Below, piece after piece: positions 1 through 11,415 of a stretch of 64,000 nucleotides of DNA. Positions within the stretch are counted from its first letter, which is position 1; each line of letters opens with the position of its first letter. This DNA comes from Monocercomonoides exilis PA203. Its lineage: Eukaryota; Protista; Preaxostyla. The position numbers were made by a program, and so were the translations under genes. The notes under the pieces were generated by a model. That model worked only from the letters and a program-made list of their open reading frames with translations, had not been told where the DNA came from and ran no database searches. The DNA lies in NCBI GenBank assembly GCA_001643675.2, contig LSRY02000049.1:310001-374000 (forward strand), in the 5' to 3' direction.

Positions 1-2808
1 ACTTTGCATCCGTCTGATTCAACTGCCTCAGGCGGACTTGCAGCTCAACAGCAGCCAGATTCTGAGCAGCAGAAATCCTTCCAGGGAAATAGAACAGAGA
101 ATGACAATGGGCAGATGAATTATCCGCAGAGGCAAGCATTGCAAAAGCAAGAGCAACAACAGCAGCCGCAGTTTGGATCAGGCAACCTACAAGTGCTGCC
201 AACGATGATGCAAACTCCTCAGCAGAATCCACAAATGACCCAGTCAACATACTTTTCCACACCTCAGTTCCAGCAAACAAGCATTTCATCATCTTCACAG
301 CCTGGCCCGCCTGTGAGAGTCGGGGGAGATGGGCAAATCCAGTCTCAATCAATTAGACTGACTGGATTTCAGATGGGTGGAACACCAACCAACACTCAGC
401 AACAGCAGAAATCTCAAAATTCACAGCAATTCCAACAGAATCAGCCACCGCCATTGGAAAAACAAGACTCACAATCAACAAACAGCAGTTCGAGAAAGGG
501 AACTCGTCCACCATCGCTGGATCTGAATCTGGTGAGAGACAAAAAAGGAGCAGGAAATGGGAAAACGATTGAGATGGAAGAGATGAATGAAAACAACGAA
601 GACAACAATGGAGGAGACAATGAAAATGATAATGACAACGATGCTGATAATGACGAGGGATCAAACGATGGTGGGAAGACAGGAAGAACAGTCACATCTA
701 TTGACGGTGGGCAAACAGCACGTCTTTATTCACTCGATGTTCCGCCAACACCGCCGTCGCCTTCAGGCGCTGGGGCAGCTCATTTTGATGTGGCTGAGCT
801 GAATCCGCACGTCCGAAGCGAAAGAGAATTCAAAGAATGGTCGAGAAACGTGAAGCATGCAGTGGCTGAGGTACAGAATAAATCACTGAAGTTTCCATCA
901 GTCGTGAATGCATGGGTTGTTGGGCGTGTTTCATTTGCGATCGCAGCCATCTTTGCACTTGGCTTCTCCACAATGTATCTGGCGTTCACTTCATTGCAGC
1001 AGACGAATGTTTTAGCGAATCAGATGATTTTGTCGTCAATCCGAACTGCACAATTGTTACAAATGCAGTATTTCTCTATCCAACTTGTGCACAACAACAC
1101 ATTTATGCCTCTTACAAACATGGTTGACGAAAGTGCAACATCTCCTGTGTTTAGGGATCTTATACACGCAATGAACAATCCTCTAGACATTCAGACACTT
1201 CTTTCTGAAAGTCGCGAGTTCTTCAACAAAATCGATGTCCATCTGCGATATGGAAACTCATTGTATTCAGACAGCAATGATACCATATTAGATAAATTGG
1301 TTACAACACAACTTGAAGGTACAAATTCTGAGTTGGATAAGGTTATGTTTGATCAGGCAACATGTTTACGAACTGACAACTCTGAATGCCCGCCCGACAG
1401 CTCTCGAAACTACCTCCTAACACATTCATTTTCAGGTCTTGATGCTCTTTTCCAAATATTCTTGTCGGATGTGCTTCATATTTCTCGTCTTCCTATTGCT
1501 CTTGTAAGTCCTTCATCTCCTCATTTCCTACGACTTTTCTCTATCGGAAACAATGATTTGTATACAGGAAGCATTCGCTATTCCAACACGCTGTTTCAAC
1601 ATGCCAATTCGTTTGTGGAGCAGGCAAAGCATCAGAACATCAACATCACCATTATCGATTTCAGTGTGTTTTTCGTTGTTGTATTGTTTCTTTTGGTACC
1701 ACTTAGAGGCTATTTCACCAACCTGAATAACCAAACGAGCTTGCTGAATAGTTTGATTCCAGAAATCAACCGAGAGGAGCTTCAGTGGAAAGATGTGTAC
1801 ATCACGCCATTTGCTCCTCTGAACTTTGGAAACAGACGAATTCTATCACTCATCTCTTCAACTGTGGAGTTGTGCGAAGACAAAGACGATTCTTCTTCCT
1901 CTGCAGCTCTCAAAGCAACTGCTGAAAATGTTGTGGCTACGATGCGCATCCAGTTCGACCGTGAAGCCGAATGGATGGCGCAATACGACTATGGAGACGA
2001 CGAGATGATTGAGCATCTTGCAGAGCACAAATACCTCCTCAGAGAAGCTTCCTATCTCCTTCGATTCCTCATTCATCAGCCTGATAGCTCACTTGTCATT
2101 TCAAATGCGCTTCAGCTATTTTTCATTGCTCATTTACAGAAATCAGATAGCGCTTTAGGAACTCACATTCAACAAGAAATACAGCGCAGGCAACAAGAAG
2201 ATCAACTCTTGGCAGCGATGGAAAAAGCAGGAGTTGACAGGGCTGCAGAAGGAGGAGAAATGATGAATCCAGAAGCACTTGGTCAGTTGTGGGGCATGTA
2301 TCCTGGAATGTATTCTGGAATGTTCCCAGGAATGTATCCGGGCATGTACACTGGAGCATATCCAGGAATGGGGCAAGGAATGTATCCAGGAATGGGAATG
2401 GGAATGAACATGGGTATGGGAATGGGAATGCAAGGAATGCCTCAAATGCAGATGGGGCAGATGAATGGGATGGCCGGGATGCAGCAGATGCCAATGGGAG
2501 GCATGAACATGAACTCGTGGGGAGCCAATGGCATGGGCCAACAGCAAGGCATGCAGCAAGGAATGTATGGGATGGGGCTGGTGAGCGGTGGAGTGGATGA
2601 TCCAGGCGTGTATGGAGGCTATGGAACAGGAGGATGGACAGGAATGGTTGGCGGTGGGTCGCAGATTGTCACTGGGCCAGATGGGGCGCTTTGGGAGCAA
2701 TTTGCAGACGGGTCTATGATTCCATATGATGAACAAGGAATGATAAATCGAATGGGGATGCAAGGTGCAATGGGTGTTGGGCCAGGCCTGCAACCAATGC
2801 AAGGCTAG
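1..2808 (+). CDS. 5'-truncated membrane protein: Q-rich linker, two TM helices flanking a ~220-aa loop, degenerate hemerythrin-like domain, Gly/Met/Tyr-rich tail
   Basis: Frame open from the window edge to TAG 2808. Hydrophobic segments VSFAIAAIFALGFSTMYLAF and ITIIDFSVFFVVVLFLLVPL. Hemerythrin-spaced motifs WKDVY..LNFGNRRIL, QFDREAEWMAQYDY, HLAEH and AHLQKSD at ~1786-2170. Confidence 0.7.
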   Translation, partial: TLHPSDSTASGGLAAQQQPDSEQQKSFQGNRTENDNGQMNYPQRQALQKQEQQQQPQFGSGNLQVLPTMMQTPQQNPQMTQSTYFSTPQFQQTSISSSSQPGPPVRVGGDGQIQSQSIRLTGFQMGGTPTNTQQQQKSQNSQQFQQNQPPPLEKQDSQSTNSSSRKGTRPPSLDLNLVRDKKGAGNGKTIEMEEMNENNEDNNGGDNENDNDNDADNDEGSNDGGKTGRTVTSIDGGQTARLYSLDVPPTPPSPSGAGAAHFDVAELNPHVRSEREFKEWSRNVKHAVAEVQNKSLKFPSVVNAWVVGRVSFAIAAIFALGFSTMYLAFTSLQQTNVLANQMILSSIRTAQLLQMQYFSIQLVHNNTFMPLTNMVDESATSPVFRDLIHAMNNPLDIQTLLSESREFFNKIDVHLRYGNSLYSDSNDTILDKLVTTQLEGTNSELDKVMFDQATCLRTDNSECPPDSSRNYLLTHSFSGLDALFQIFLSDVLHISRLPIALVSPSSPHFLRLFSIGNNDLYTGSIRYSNTLFQHANSFVEQAKHQNINITIIDFSVFFVVVLFLLVPLRGYFTNLNNQTSLLNSLIPEINREELQWKDVYITPFAPLNFGNRRILSLISSTVELCEDKDDSSSSAALKATAENVVATMRIQFDREAEWMAQYDYGDDEMIEHLAEHKYLLREASYLLRFLIHQPDSSLVISNALQLFFIAHLQKSDSALGTHIQQEIQRRQQEDQLLAAMEKAGVDRAAEGGEMMNPEALGQLWGMYPGMYSGMFPGMYPGMYTGAYPGMGQGMYPGMGMGMNMGMGMGMQGMPQMQMGQMNGMAGMQQMPMGGMNMNSWGANGMGQQQGMQQGMYGMGLVSGGVDDPGVYGGYGTGGWTGMVGGGSQIVTGPDGALWEQFADGSMIPYDEQGMINRMGMQGAMGVGPGLQPMQG
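2293..2430 (+). repeat. Coding tandem repeat, ~12-nt unit (ggaatgtatcca-like) grading into (ggaatg)n; encodes GMYP/GM repeats
   Basis: Translation GMYPGMYSGMFPGMYPGMYTGAYPGMGQGMYPGMGMGMNMGMGMGM. Confidence 0.8.
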
Positions 2809-3110
2809 CATACATTTGCACACTTTACAACCATTTCACTCATATTCACATCTCACAATTCATTCATTTCATTTGTCTTTGGTTTAGATTTCCATGCATA
2901 TTGCTCATATCTTCCCACGCTTGTTTATTAGTTTGTCTGCCAAAATGCTTAACATCATATTTAACATTTCATAATGCTTCTATTTAATCGATAGTATTTC
3001 TTTGATATTTTTGTTACACATAAAGCCTGTTTCGTTTAATATTTTAAAATTTTTTTGTTTTGTTTTGTTTTGTTAATGTGAATTGGATGAAGTGATTTTT
3101 GTGATAATTT

Positions 3111-4056
3111 TCAAAGTGCCACTTCAGCAATCTAATGTTAAGATGAAAGAAAAAATATTTAATGCAAAAATTGATAAATTAATTCTTTGCTCAATTATAA
3201 AAAAAATGAACAAACTGGATTAGCATGAATTGTGACTGATATTATTTTAATTTCGTGAATTGGACGACTATTTTCATCGGTTGGCGTTTTCTCCATTGCA
3301 TCAAGCGTGTCAAACCCATCGATAACTCTAAGTTATGTTTCATTAAATTAAAGTTAATTGATATTTCAAAAGTTAAATTCACAAATGCAAATGAATTTGC
3401 TTTCGCTGTACATACTTTCCAAATATGGTATATTTATCGTCCAAATGAGTTTGTTTCGAGTATGTTATGAAAAACTGGGAAGCATTACTTTTCAAAAATT
3501 AAGTCCGATAATAACATTGAAAAATAAAAAAAGTTAATAAATATACATTTTTGATGAAGAGAAAAGTATCAAACGTTCCAGGTTTTCCCATATTTGCCAT
3601 TGAAACAATTCCTCGTCCAGAATGCTAATAAAATATTAAATTTTTTATAAAAAATGATTTGAAATCACTTGTAAAATACAAACAGTTAATAAATCAGAAT
3701 ATTCTTCTTCAAATTTTGTGCCCCAAATAGAAGTTCCACCTCTTCCTAATTTTTTTGTTATTGCAATTAAGCTTTATTGAAAAAATGAAAAAACCTGTTC
3801 CTGTTGGATCACCTCCTTGAATCATAAACCCTCTGATATTTTTGTGGAAAATAGTTCCGTTATAGTATCCGCACGCACAAAGAGCGAGAAAATTCTATTA
3901 TAACGCATGAAATCAAGCAAATAAATATAAATATGTATTTGTGCTAATAAAAACCAAAATCATAAAAACAATAACTACCTCTGCAGCTTTAGGAACGATT
4001 TCACAAAATATTTCTATTTTCAAATCGCCAACATTTGTATGAAGCGTTACAGACAT
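3111..4056 (-). CDS. PPIL3: Cyclophilin-like peptidyl-prolyl isomerase 3 (spliceosomal); multi-exon, missed by the ORF track
   Basis: Spliced translation [26 protein letters not shown]|[34 protein letters not shown]|RGGTSIWG...VSMAN...SQFFITY...YTIFGK|[13 protein letters not shown]...VTIHANP|IAEVAL*. The MSVTLHT start and TIHANP end are typical of PPIL3. Confidence 0.92.
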
Positions 4057-4204
4057 AAAATAAATGTTTATTTTTTTTGTTATATATTCATAAGTTCACA
4101 TGTTTTTTTGTTTTCAACTTAATAATTAAAAACCGAATGAAAAACTTGGAAAACTTTATAACTAATGAAATGGACTCACCCATAAGTTATTTATATCAAA
4201 TCAA

Positions 4205-7200
4205 ATGAATGTTTCAAATGCAAAAGAGAAGGAAGACGAACTTCCAAAGCTTCCTTCTCATTATTTGCACAAGCTAGTTTGTGTTTACATAAAATTTCAC
4301 ATATTTTTGCACTATTGCTTCTTTTTCGTTGAAAGATCGTGAATAATTTCAAAAGTTACAAAGGCGAACATCTTATTGGACCTTTTCTTCCATTCACTTG
4401 TATCATTGGCCCAAATGGATCAGGTATACAAGATATAAATAAAAAATTTATTCTGCAAATTATTTTCGTTTCAATCATCTTTCTAGGAAAATCAAACATT
4501 ATGGATGCTGTCAGCTTTGTGCTTGGACTGAAAACTTCAATTTTACGTGCTCATAAACTTAGCGATTTTATATATCGAGGATCTGATGAACTTGATGAAA
4601 GTCAAGAGTCGCGCTCGATGTATGTTACTGCGGTTTTCCGAAAAGCAGGCGAGAATGGATTTGAGGATGATACTGATATGATTAATAATGTCAACATTGT
4701 GGATGAAATTTCTTTTACAAGGGAAGTATCTTCTTCATCACCAAATGTGCCTATATATCGAGTTAATGGAAAAGTTAAACAACACAAGGATTATCTTCAA
4801 CAATTAAAGGGAATAGGATTAGATGTTGAAGCTCAAAATTTTTTGATTTTTCAGGGAGACGTTGAAGGAATTGTTCAAATTACACCAAAGGAGCGAACAG
4901 GTTGGTTTGAGAAAGTTAGTGATAGTGCGGAGCTTATTAATGAATATGAAGAATTAAAAGTTTGTCTTTTTAATAGTAGTGTATTTTTTTTTTTATTAAA
5001 TTAACTCAAAATAATCAACATATACAGGAATTAGTCGAACGTTCTGATACAGAAACAAGCATGGTTATGATGAAAAAAAGAACAGTCACACATGAACAGC
5101 GTATTTTTCTTGAGCAAAAAAAGGAATCTGAACGATTTCAACAATTAATGGATGAAAGGGCGTGTTTTTTATAATTTTTTCCCCCTCAAGTTTATTTTAT
5201 TTTTTCTGCAATTGAAAATAAATGAATATTTTGGTGCACGCTTCATTTTTTATTATAGACTGAACTTGAAGCAAAAGCTACACTGTTTCGACTGTACCAC
5301 ATTGAAAAAAGCATTGCAGCAATAGATCGCGATATAGCACATCTGAAGGCAACTAAGCAAGCCCACGAAACAGCGTTGAAAAACGCAACGGTTGAATGGG
5401 AAAAGGCAAAGAAGAAGGAAGCTGAGCATCGGAAGAAATTAGTCGAAGCGGAACAGAGTGTAATTGTACTGGGCAGAAAAGCAGATTCAACAGAGCCAAC
5501 TGAAGCACGCGATGCTGCAGCGGTGAAAAGAGCAAAGGAGAGTGCAGATATCGCGAAGGACAAAGTGGCCAGGCTGCAGAAGGAAATACAGAATGAGAAC
5601 GAGAAAATGAAGGTGCTTGAAGAAAGATTAGCGGCTTTGGATCAAAAATATCAAATGCTGGAAAGTGGAGAAGATATGGAAGAGGAAGAAGAAGAGGAGG
5701 AATCGTCGAATAAAAGAGGAAAAGGAAAAAGTGACAAACAAAAGACAGGAAAGAAGCAGTTGAAGTTGAGCGAAGAGCAGTTGGCGGAATACATTCGGCT
5801 AAAAGAGACAGTGGAAAAGGAGCTTGTTTCAACGAGACAGCAACTGGACGATGTGCTCCTTCCGCAACAGAACAACGACTCAACAGAAGCAGAAAAACGT
5901 GCAAGGCGAATAGCAGAATTGGATGCGAAACGAGCAAGAGCTGAGGAAAGTGCCAATGATGCCAAAGAAAAAAGAGAGAAAATTGTGATGGTTAGAGAAA
6001 AGGAAGCAGAGGAGAAAAAGCAAAAAGCAGAAGAAGATCTTCATTCAGCAAAGGAACAAATAGAAAAACTAAAGTTTGTTTCTATTAATAAAAATGCCTT
6101 TTTTAAAGATAGTTTTTTTTTTCAATATTTTTTAATGATTATAATGTTTGCCCAACTTATCTAAATGATAACAGAAGCAGACAAACAGAAATTGCCGATC
6201 TGATCGAACAGCAGACGCGTCTTATCTCAGCCGCCAGGTGCGACATTCGCGAAACAGCACAAATGGCGCTGCTGCGAGAGACAGTGACCCAGTTGAGTGC
6301 GCAATTTCCTGGTGTCAAAGGGACACTCCATCAGCTGGTGGATTTGTCGCACACTCAGTTCGAGAAGGCAGTGACGACTGCGATGGGGTCGCGAATGAAC
6401 GCAATTGTGGTTGACACCGAGCAAACAGCAAAGGCCTGCCTGCGATTCATCAGAGAGAATCGTATTGGCTCAGGCGGAGATTCAGGTGATGTCGATGACG
6501 GCAGAAGGAGAAATAGAGGCAGAAGAAGCGGAGCAGGCAGAGGAGGCGCTGGCTCTGGCTTTACAAGCTTCACGTTTCTTCCTCTTGATACACTAAATCC
6601 AAAGCCCCTCCAGGAGTCATTGCGTATTTCATTGAAAGCAACATGGAGAGAGAAAGGAAGAAGTAATTCAGCATCATCATCATCAGGCATTGTTAGATCT
6701 CAAATGTCTGAGCCTCAACTGATGATGGATCTCCTCCACTTTGACTCACAATACACACCTGCTGTTTTGTATGCTGTTGGAAGCACTGTTGTGGTGCCAA
6801 CACTCGAAGATGCTATGACGCTTGCCTTTGGTTCTTCGATGATGTCTGGTTCATCAGCTTCAGCTTCTTCTTCTTCTTCTTCTGGTTCGCAGTCATTTGG
6901 AGGAATGCGCATACGTGTGGTTTCGCTGGATGGAGATATTATCTCAAAGAAAGGGCTGATCACCTGCGGATCTCCTGCAGTTGCTGCCAGAGCGCAAGTG
7001 TGGGGACAGAAGGAAGCTGAGCGAGCGAAGAACGAAAGAGCGCGGCTGGTCAGTGAACGGACAGAAATTGCCAGAAGACTCAGAGCAGAGGAGGAAAAAG
7101 CGATGATGGCGGAGATCTCGCTGAAAGGGATGGGAGAGGTACTGATTGGAATTAAGGCAGAGAGAGAAATGCTGGAAGAGAGAGAAGCCAAAGAGGAGAA

Positions 7201-9846
7201 AGAATTGAGCAAAGTGATGGACGAGCTGACGAAACTGACGAAAGATCACGAGGAAAAATCTATTGTTATTCAGCAAAGACAAAAGACAATTGATGAATTA
7301 CTTTCCTTTGTGAAAGATGTTGAAGATAAAGTGTTCAAAGACTTTTGCGAAGTGTGAAATGAAAAATGCTTATTATTAAAAAAATTACTCATAAAAATTA
7401 TTATTATTATTATTATTTTGAAATCTTTATTATTTTGCAATTGTAATGTCTATTTAATATCAATTGCAGAGGTTGAACATTCCTTCAATTCGAGTGTTTG
7501 AGCAAGTGAGAGACGAGCAGCAAAAACAGCGAGAAAGCGAAATGCATTCGATAGAAGTTGATAAGGCTCGCCTTATTTCTCAGATTGAACTGATGAAAGC
7601 AAGAAGCTCAGCGCTTATCCTCAAAAGTGTTCTGAACGAGGAGAAAAAGGCAAATGAAAAGGTTTGATCGTAATGGAATTAAATATTATAGTTTTTTTCC
7701 CATTAAATTCATTATTCGTTTTCAAATGTTTTTTATTCATATTTTTTATGCAAACTAATTTTAGCTCCGAAAAGCAGAAGAACAACACAAAAAGTCTTCG
7801 GAGGCTGTGCAACAGCTGAGAGCAGAATTTGAAGCAGAGAGAGAGAAGCAGCTGAAAGTCGAAGCTGAATGGCGATTGGCTGAAGAGGCACTAATAAATG
7901 CGCAACGTGCAAGACAAGCAGTTGCAGAAGATATAAGTTCGCGAACACTTTCAATTGAAAAATTGGTTTGTATTTTTAATAGTTGATGAAAGTATTTTAA
8001 GTATTTTTATATTATTTTGAATTTGCTAACATTCATATCTGAAAATGAATGTTGACTTCCATTGGCTGAATGAAATGTTGATTGAACTGTGAAGAGAGGG
8101 GAGAAGTCTTCTTTGCAGAGCCGTCGCGACACTTTGTTCACAACAGCGAGAATGGATGAGATCAAAATTCCGACTGTCACTGTTGGTGAATCGATCAAAA
8201 AGAAAGATGATTCTCGAAAGAAAAAAATAGCTTTGGCAAATAAAAAGAAAAAAGGTGAAGATGAAAAGAAAAAGAGCAAAAAAGACAAAAGAATGGAAGA
8301 AAGCGAATCTTCAGAAGAGGAAGAGGAGCCAATGACAAAGAAAAAAAGAGGAAGACCAGTAGCAAAAGGAGGAAAGAAAGAGAAAGCCAAAAAAGAGAAG
8401 AAAGGAGGCAAAGGAGCTGCGGATGTGGTTGAATTGTCAGATGAAAGCGACGAGGAAAACGAGGAAAAAGAAGACGATGAAGAAGGAGCCGATGAAGAAG
8501 ATGAAATAGACATCGAAGAAAGAGTGCCTGCTGGACAAAATCTGATGTTTTCTGAGACGATTGATCTTTCTTTGTCTCAGGTACCATCTCAGTTGGAGTT
8601 GTCTCAGCAAATCACTGCATCTTCTTCTTCATCCTCAGCTTCTTCCTCCTCCTCTTCATCATCTATTCTACCAGTTGAAAAGTTTAGAATTGACTTCAAA
8701 TCTCTCAGCAATGCACTAAAAGCAGTATGTTTCATTCAATATTTGATGTTTTAATCTCATCGCACGAATTTTGCTTTCGACTTGTTTCTTTCCTTTTTAA
8801 CTGTATTTTTGTAGTTGAACGAGAAAGAGGCCGAAGCTCAACAAGAGACTTACAATGAGCAACTGAGGCAGCTCAATCAAGAGTTGAGTGAGATTGTGCC
8901 GAATCTGCATGCTGGAGAGCAATTAGAAGAAGTCGAAGAACGACTGAACAAACTTCGTGCGCAGTTTGCGGCTACACAAGAAAAGAAGAAGAGGAATATG
9001 ACTTTGTTCCAGACTGTTAAGGCTGAGAGAAGAAAGCGCTTTTTGCGAGCATTTTCGCACATGCAGAGCCAAATTGGAGGGATCTATGCAGAGCTCACAC
9101 GCGGCCCAGCAGGTGTAGGCCATGCTATTCTGGAGCTGGAGAACAAAGGCGACGAGCCATACTTGGGAGGAGTGAAGTTCCACACAATGCCACCATCAAA
9201 GGGATTCCGCGAGATGGAGAGTCTGAGCGGTGGGGAAAAGACAATCGCTGCACTCGCTTTTATGTTTGCATTCAACAGCTTCAAGCCATCTCCTTTCATT
9301 TTGCTCGATGAAGTGGATGCTGCGCTTGATAATGTAAACGTGGCAAGAGCAGCTGCTTACATCAGAAGAAGAAGCAATGGTGAACTGACGAAGCATCGGG
9401 GGAGAGGCTTTAATGCATCTCCTTCGTCAATGTTAAATGACAGGACAGGCTCGATTGCCACACCTTCATTGGCCACTGCTCCATTTGATCTTGCAACTCC
9501 GACTCCTTTGCTATCCTCGCCAGAGTCTCCATTTGGCCGTCTCGACTCACAAACGCCAACGCCAGGGCTTCAAATGATGGATGTTTGATTTTTATTTTAA
9601 CATTATTTTATGTTTTATTTATCTTTGATTATTTTAAATCCTTTTTATTGATTTGTTTTATAACATTTGAATTTCTTTATATTTCCCCAGATCTCAAGAT
9701 ATCCTCTTCAGTGCATTGTGATATCTTTGAAGGGTCAATTCTTCGAGTGGGCTGACTTGCTTGTAGGCATAACTCGAAACATTGAGAAAGAATCCTCAGA
9801 TGTTTACACTGTTGATTTAAGGCAATATAGCCTTGACATTCAATGA
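4205..9846 (+). CDS. SMC1: Cohesin subunit SMC1 (multi-exon)
   Basis: NFKSY, Walker A GPNGSG|KSNIMDAVSFVLG, Q-loop NFLIFQGDVE, LFRLYH, hinge (FPGVKG, FLPL, VSLDG..ISKKGLITCG), PPSKGFREMESLSGGEKTIAALA, Walker B FILLDEVDAALD, and terminal IVISLK..FFEWAD.LVGI. Stop TGA at 9844-9846. Confidence 0.95.
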
Positions 9847-10291
9847 TCGTTATTAAATTTTCTTTTTCTTTTTTTTCATTTGCGACATTTTTAAAAATAA
9901 AAACAATATAAAAATGTTCTGATTTTCAGTTATTTAAATTACCAGCATTTGAAGATCCAAGCTCGTCTTAAAAACAAAAATCTGTCTCATTTATAAATTA
10001 ATTACAACCTAATACATATATTTCTTTTTCGTAATCAATAATACTCAATCATCTTCAGATGGTCTGCTTTTGAACATTATTTTTCTATGTTTAAAGGATT
10101 CCAAAACCAAAAAACCGCAGAAAAACAAAATCAGCTATTTTTTGTTTGTCACTTTTTTGAAAATGCTTCCACATGTGCAATTATTCAAATTAATGGAACA
10201 GATAGATAAAGTTTTTTTTTTCAAACAAATGAATTTTTAAAATATTACATAATTGGATCAACTTTGTAAGTGCATTTTCCACAAAAGGAGA

Positions 10292-11043
10292 ATGTCAATT
10301 GTTGTCAATGAGATTTGCCCACCATTTTCAACTTGGTATGGATACTGTGGAGCTGCAGCTGCTATTATCTTTGCAAGTGTGCCGTTAGCATTTTTATTCA
10401 AAAAATTAATAAAAACTTTTTCTTCCAGACCTTGGATCAGCATATGGAACAGTCACTTCAGGAATGGGAGTATGCTCAATTGGGCCATCTCATCCAAATA
10501 TGGTCATGAAAGGAATTGTACCAACAATTATGGCTGGTTTGTACAAATAATAATTTTTTTATTTTTATTTTCTAAATTTCATAAATATGCAGGTATTTTG
10601 TGTATTTATGGACTAATTGTCGCTATTATTATAAACAGCTCAAGTTTGAATCGTTTTAATTGAGTATTTAATATTGAATATAATTTTTTTAAGTTACAAA
10701 GGAATATACGTATTTCCAAGGATTTGCGCACCTTTCGGCTGGATTAATGGCTGGACTTAGTGCCCTTTGTGCCGGCATTGCGATTGGAGTTGTTGGTGAA
10801 GCTGGAGTTAGAAGTTATGCAAGAGAACCAAAATTGTTTGTTGGAATGCTTCTTATTCTTATCTTTGGGGAAGCTCTTGCACTATATGGACTTATTGTTG
10901 GCTTGATTGTTGGAACAAAAACACCTCAAAGTTTGTTTTTTCTTTCTTTTAACATTATATCCATCATTTTTTTAAAACTTTATGTTAAATAATATTATCT
11001 ACTTTTATTTTCAAAAGATGGATGTGATTTTGTTAGGGTGTAG
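10292..11043 (+). CDS. ATP6V0C: V-type H+-ATPase 16 kDa proteolipid subunit c (5 exons)
   Basis: GAAAAIIFA|.[18 protein letters not shown]|[55 protein letters not shown] with the proton-carrying Glu. Stop TAG at 11041-11043. Confidence 0.95.
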
Positions 11044-11415
11044 ACGATAACAAATACCAATTCCTCTATTTTCTTCTCATCTCTCACTTCTTTTAATAAA
11101 TCACTTTTCTCATCTGGGATGTCAGTTGATTATTAAATCAAAGAATTTTTATCTTACAATTATTTTCTTTATCTTTGAAATTTTTGTTTTGCTTCAACAA
11201 AAAAGCATCAAATAATCAGAAGCAATAGATAAAACATTGCTATGAAATAGAAATGCTTTGGCTAAATTAGCAATTTTCAAGAAATGAAAGAGTTACAAAG
11301 TTTTGCGAGATATCTAAAAACCAAAATATATAATGAAAAGTTCATAAAACGTAAGTGAAGGTGGAACAGAAAGAAGTGAAGATTTGTAATAGAACAGCTA
11401 ACAATGAACAGTACT

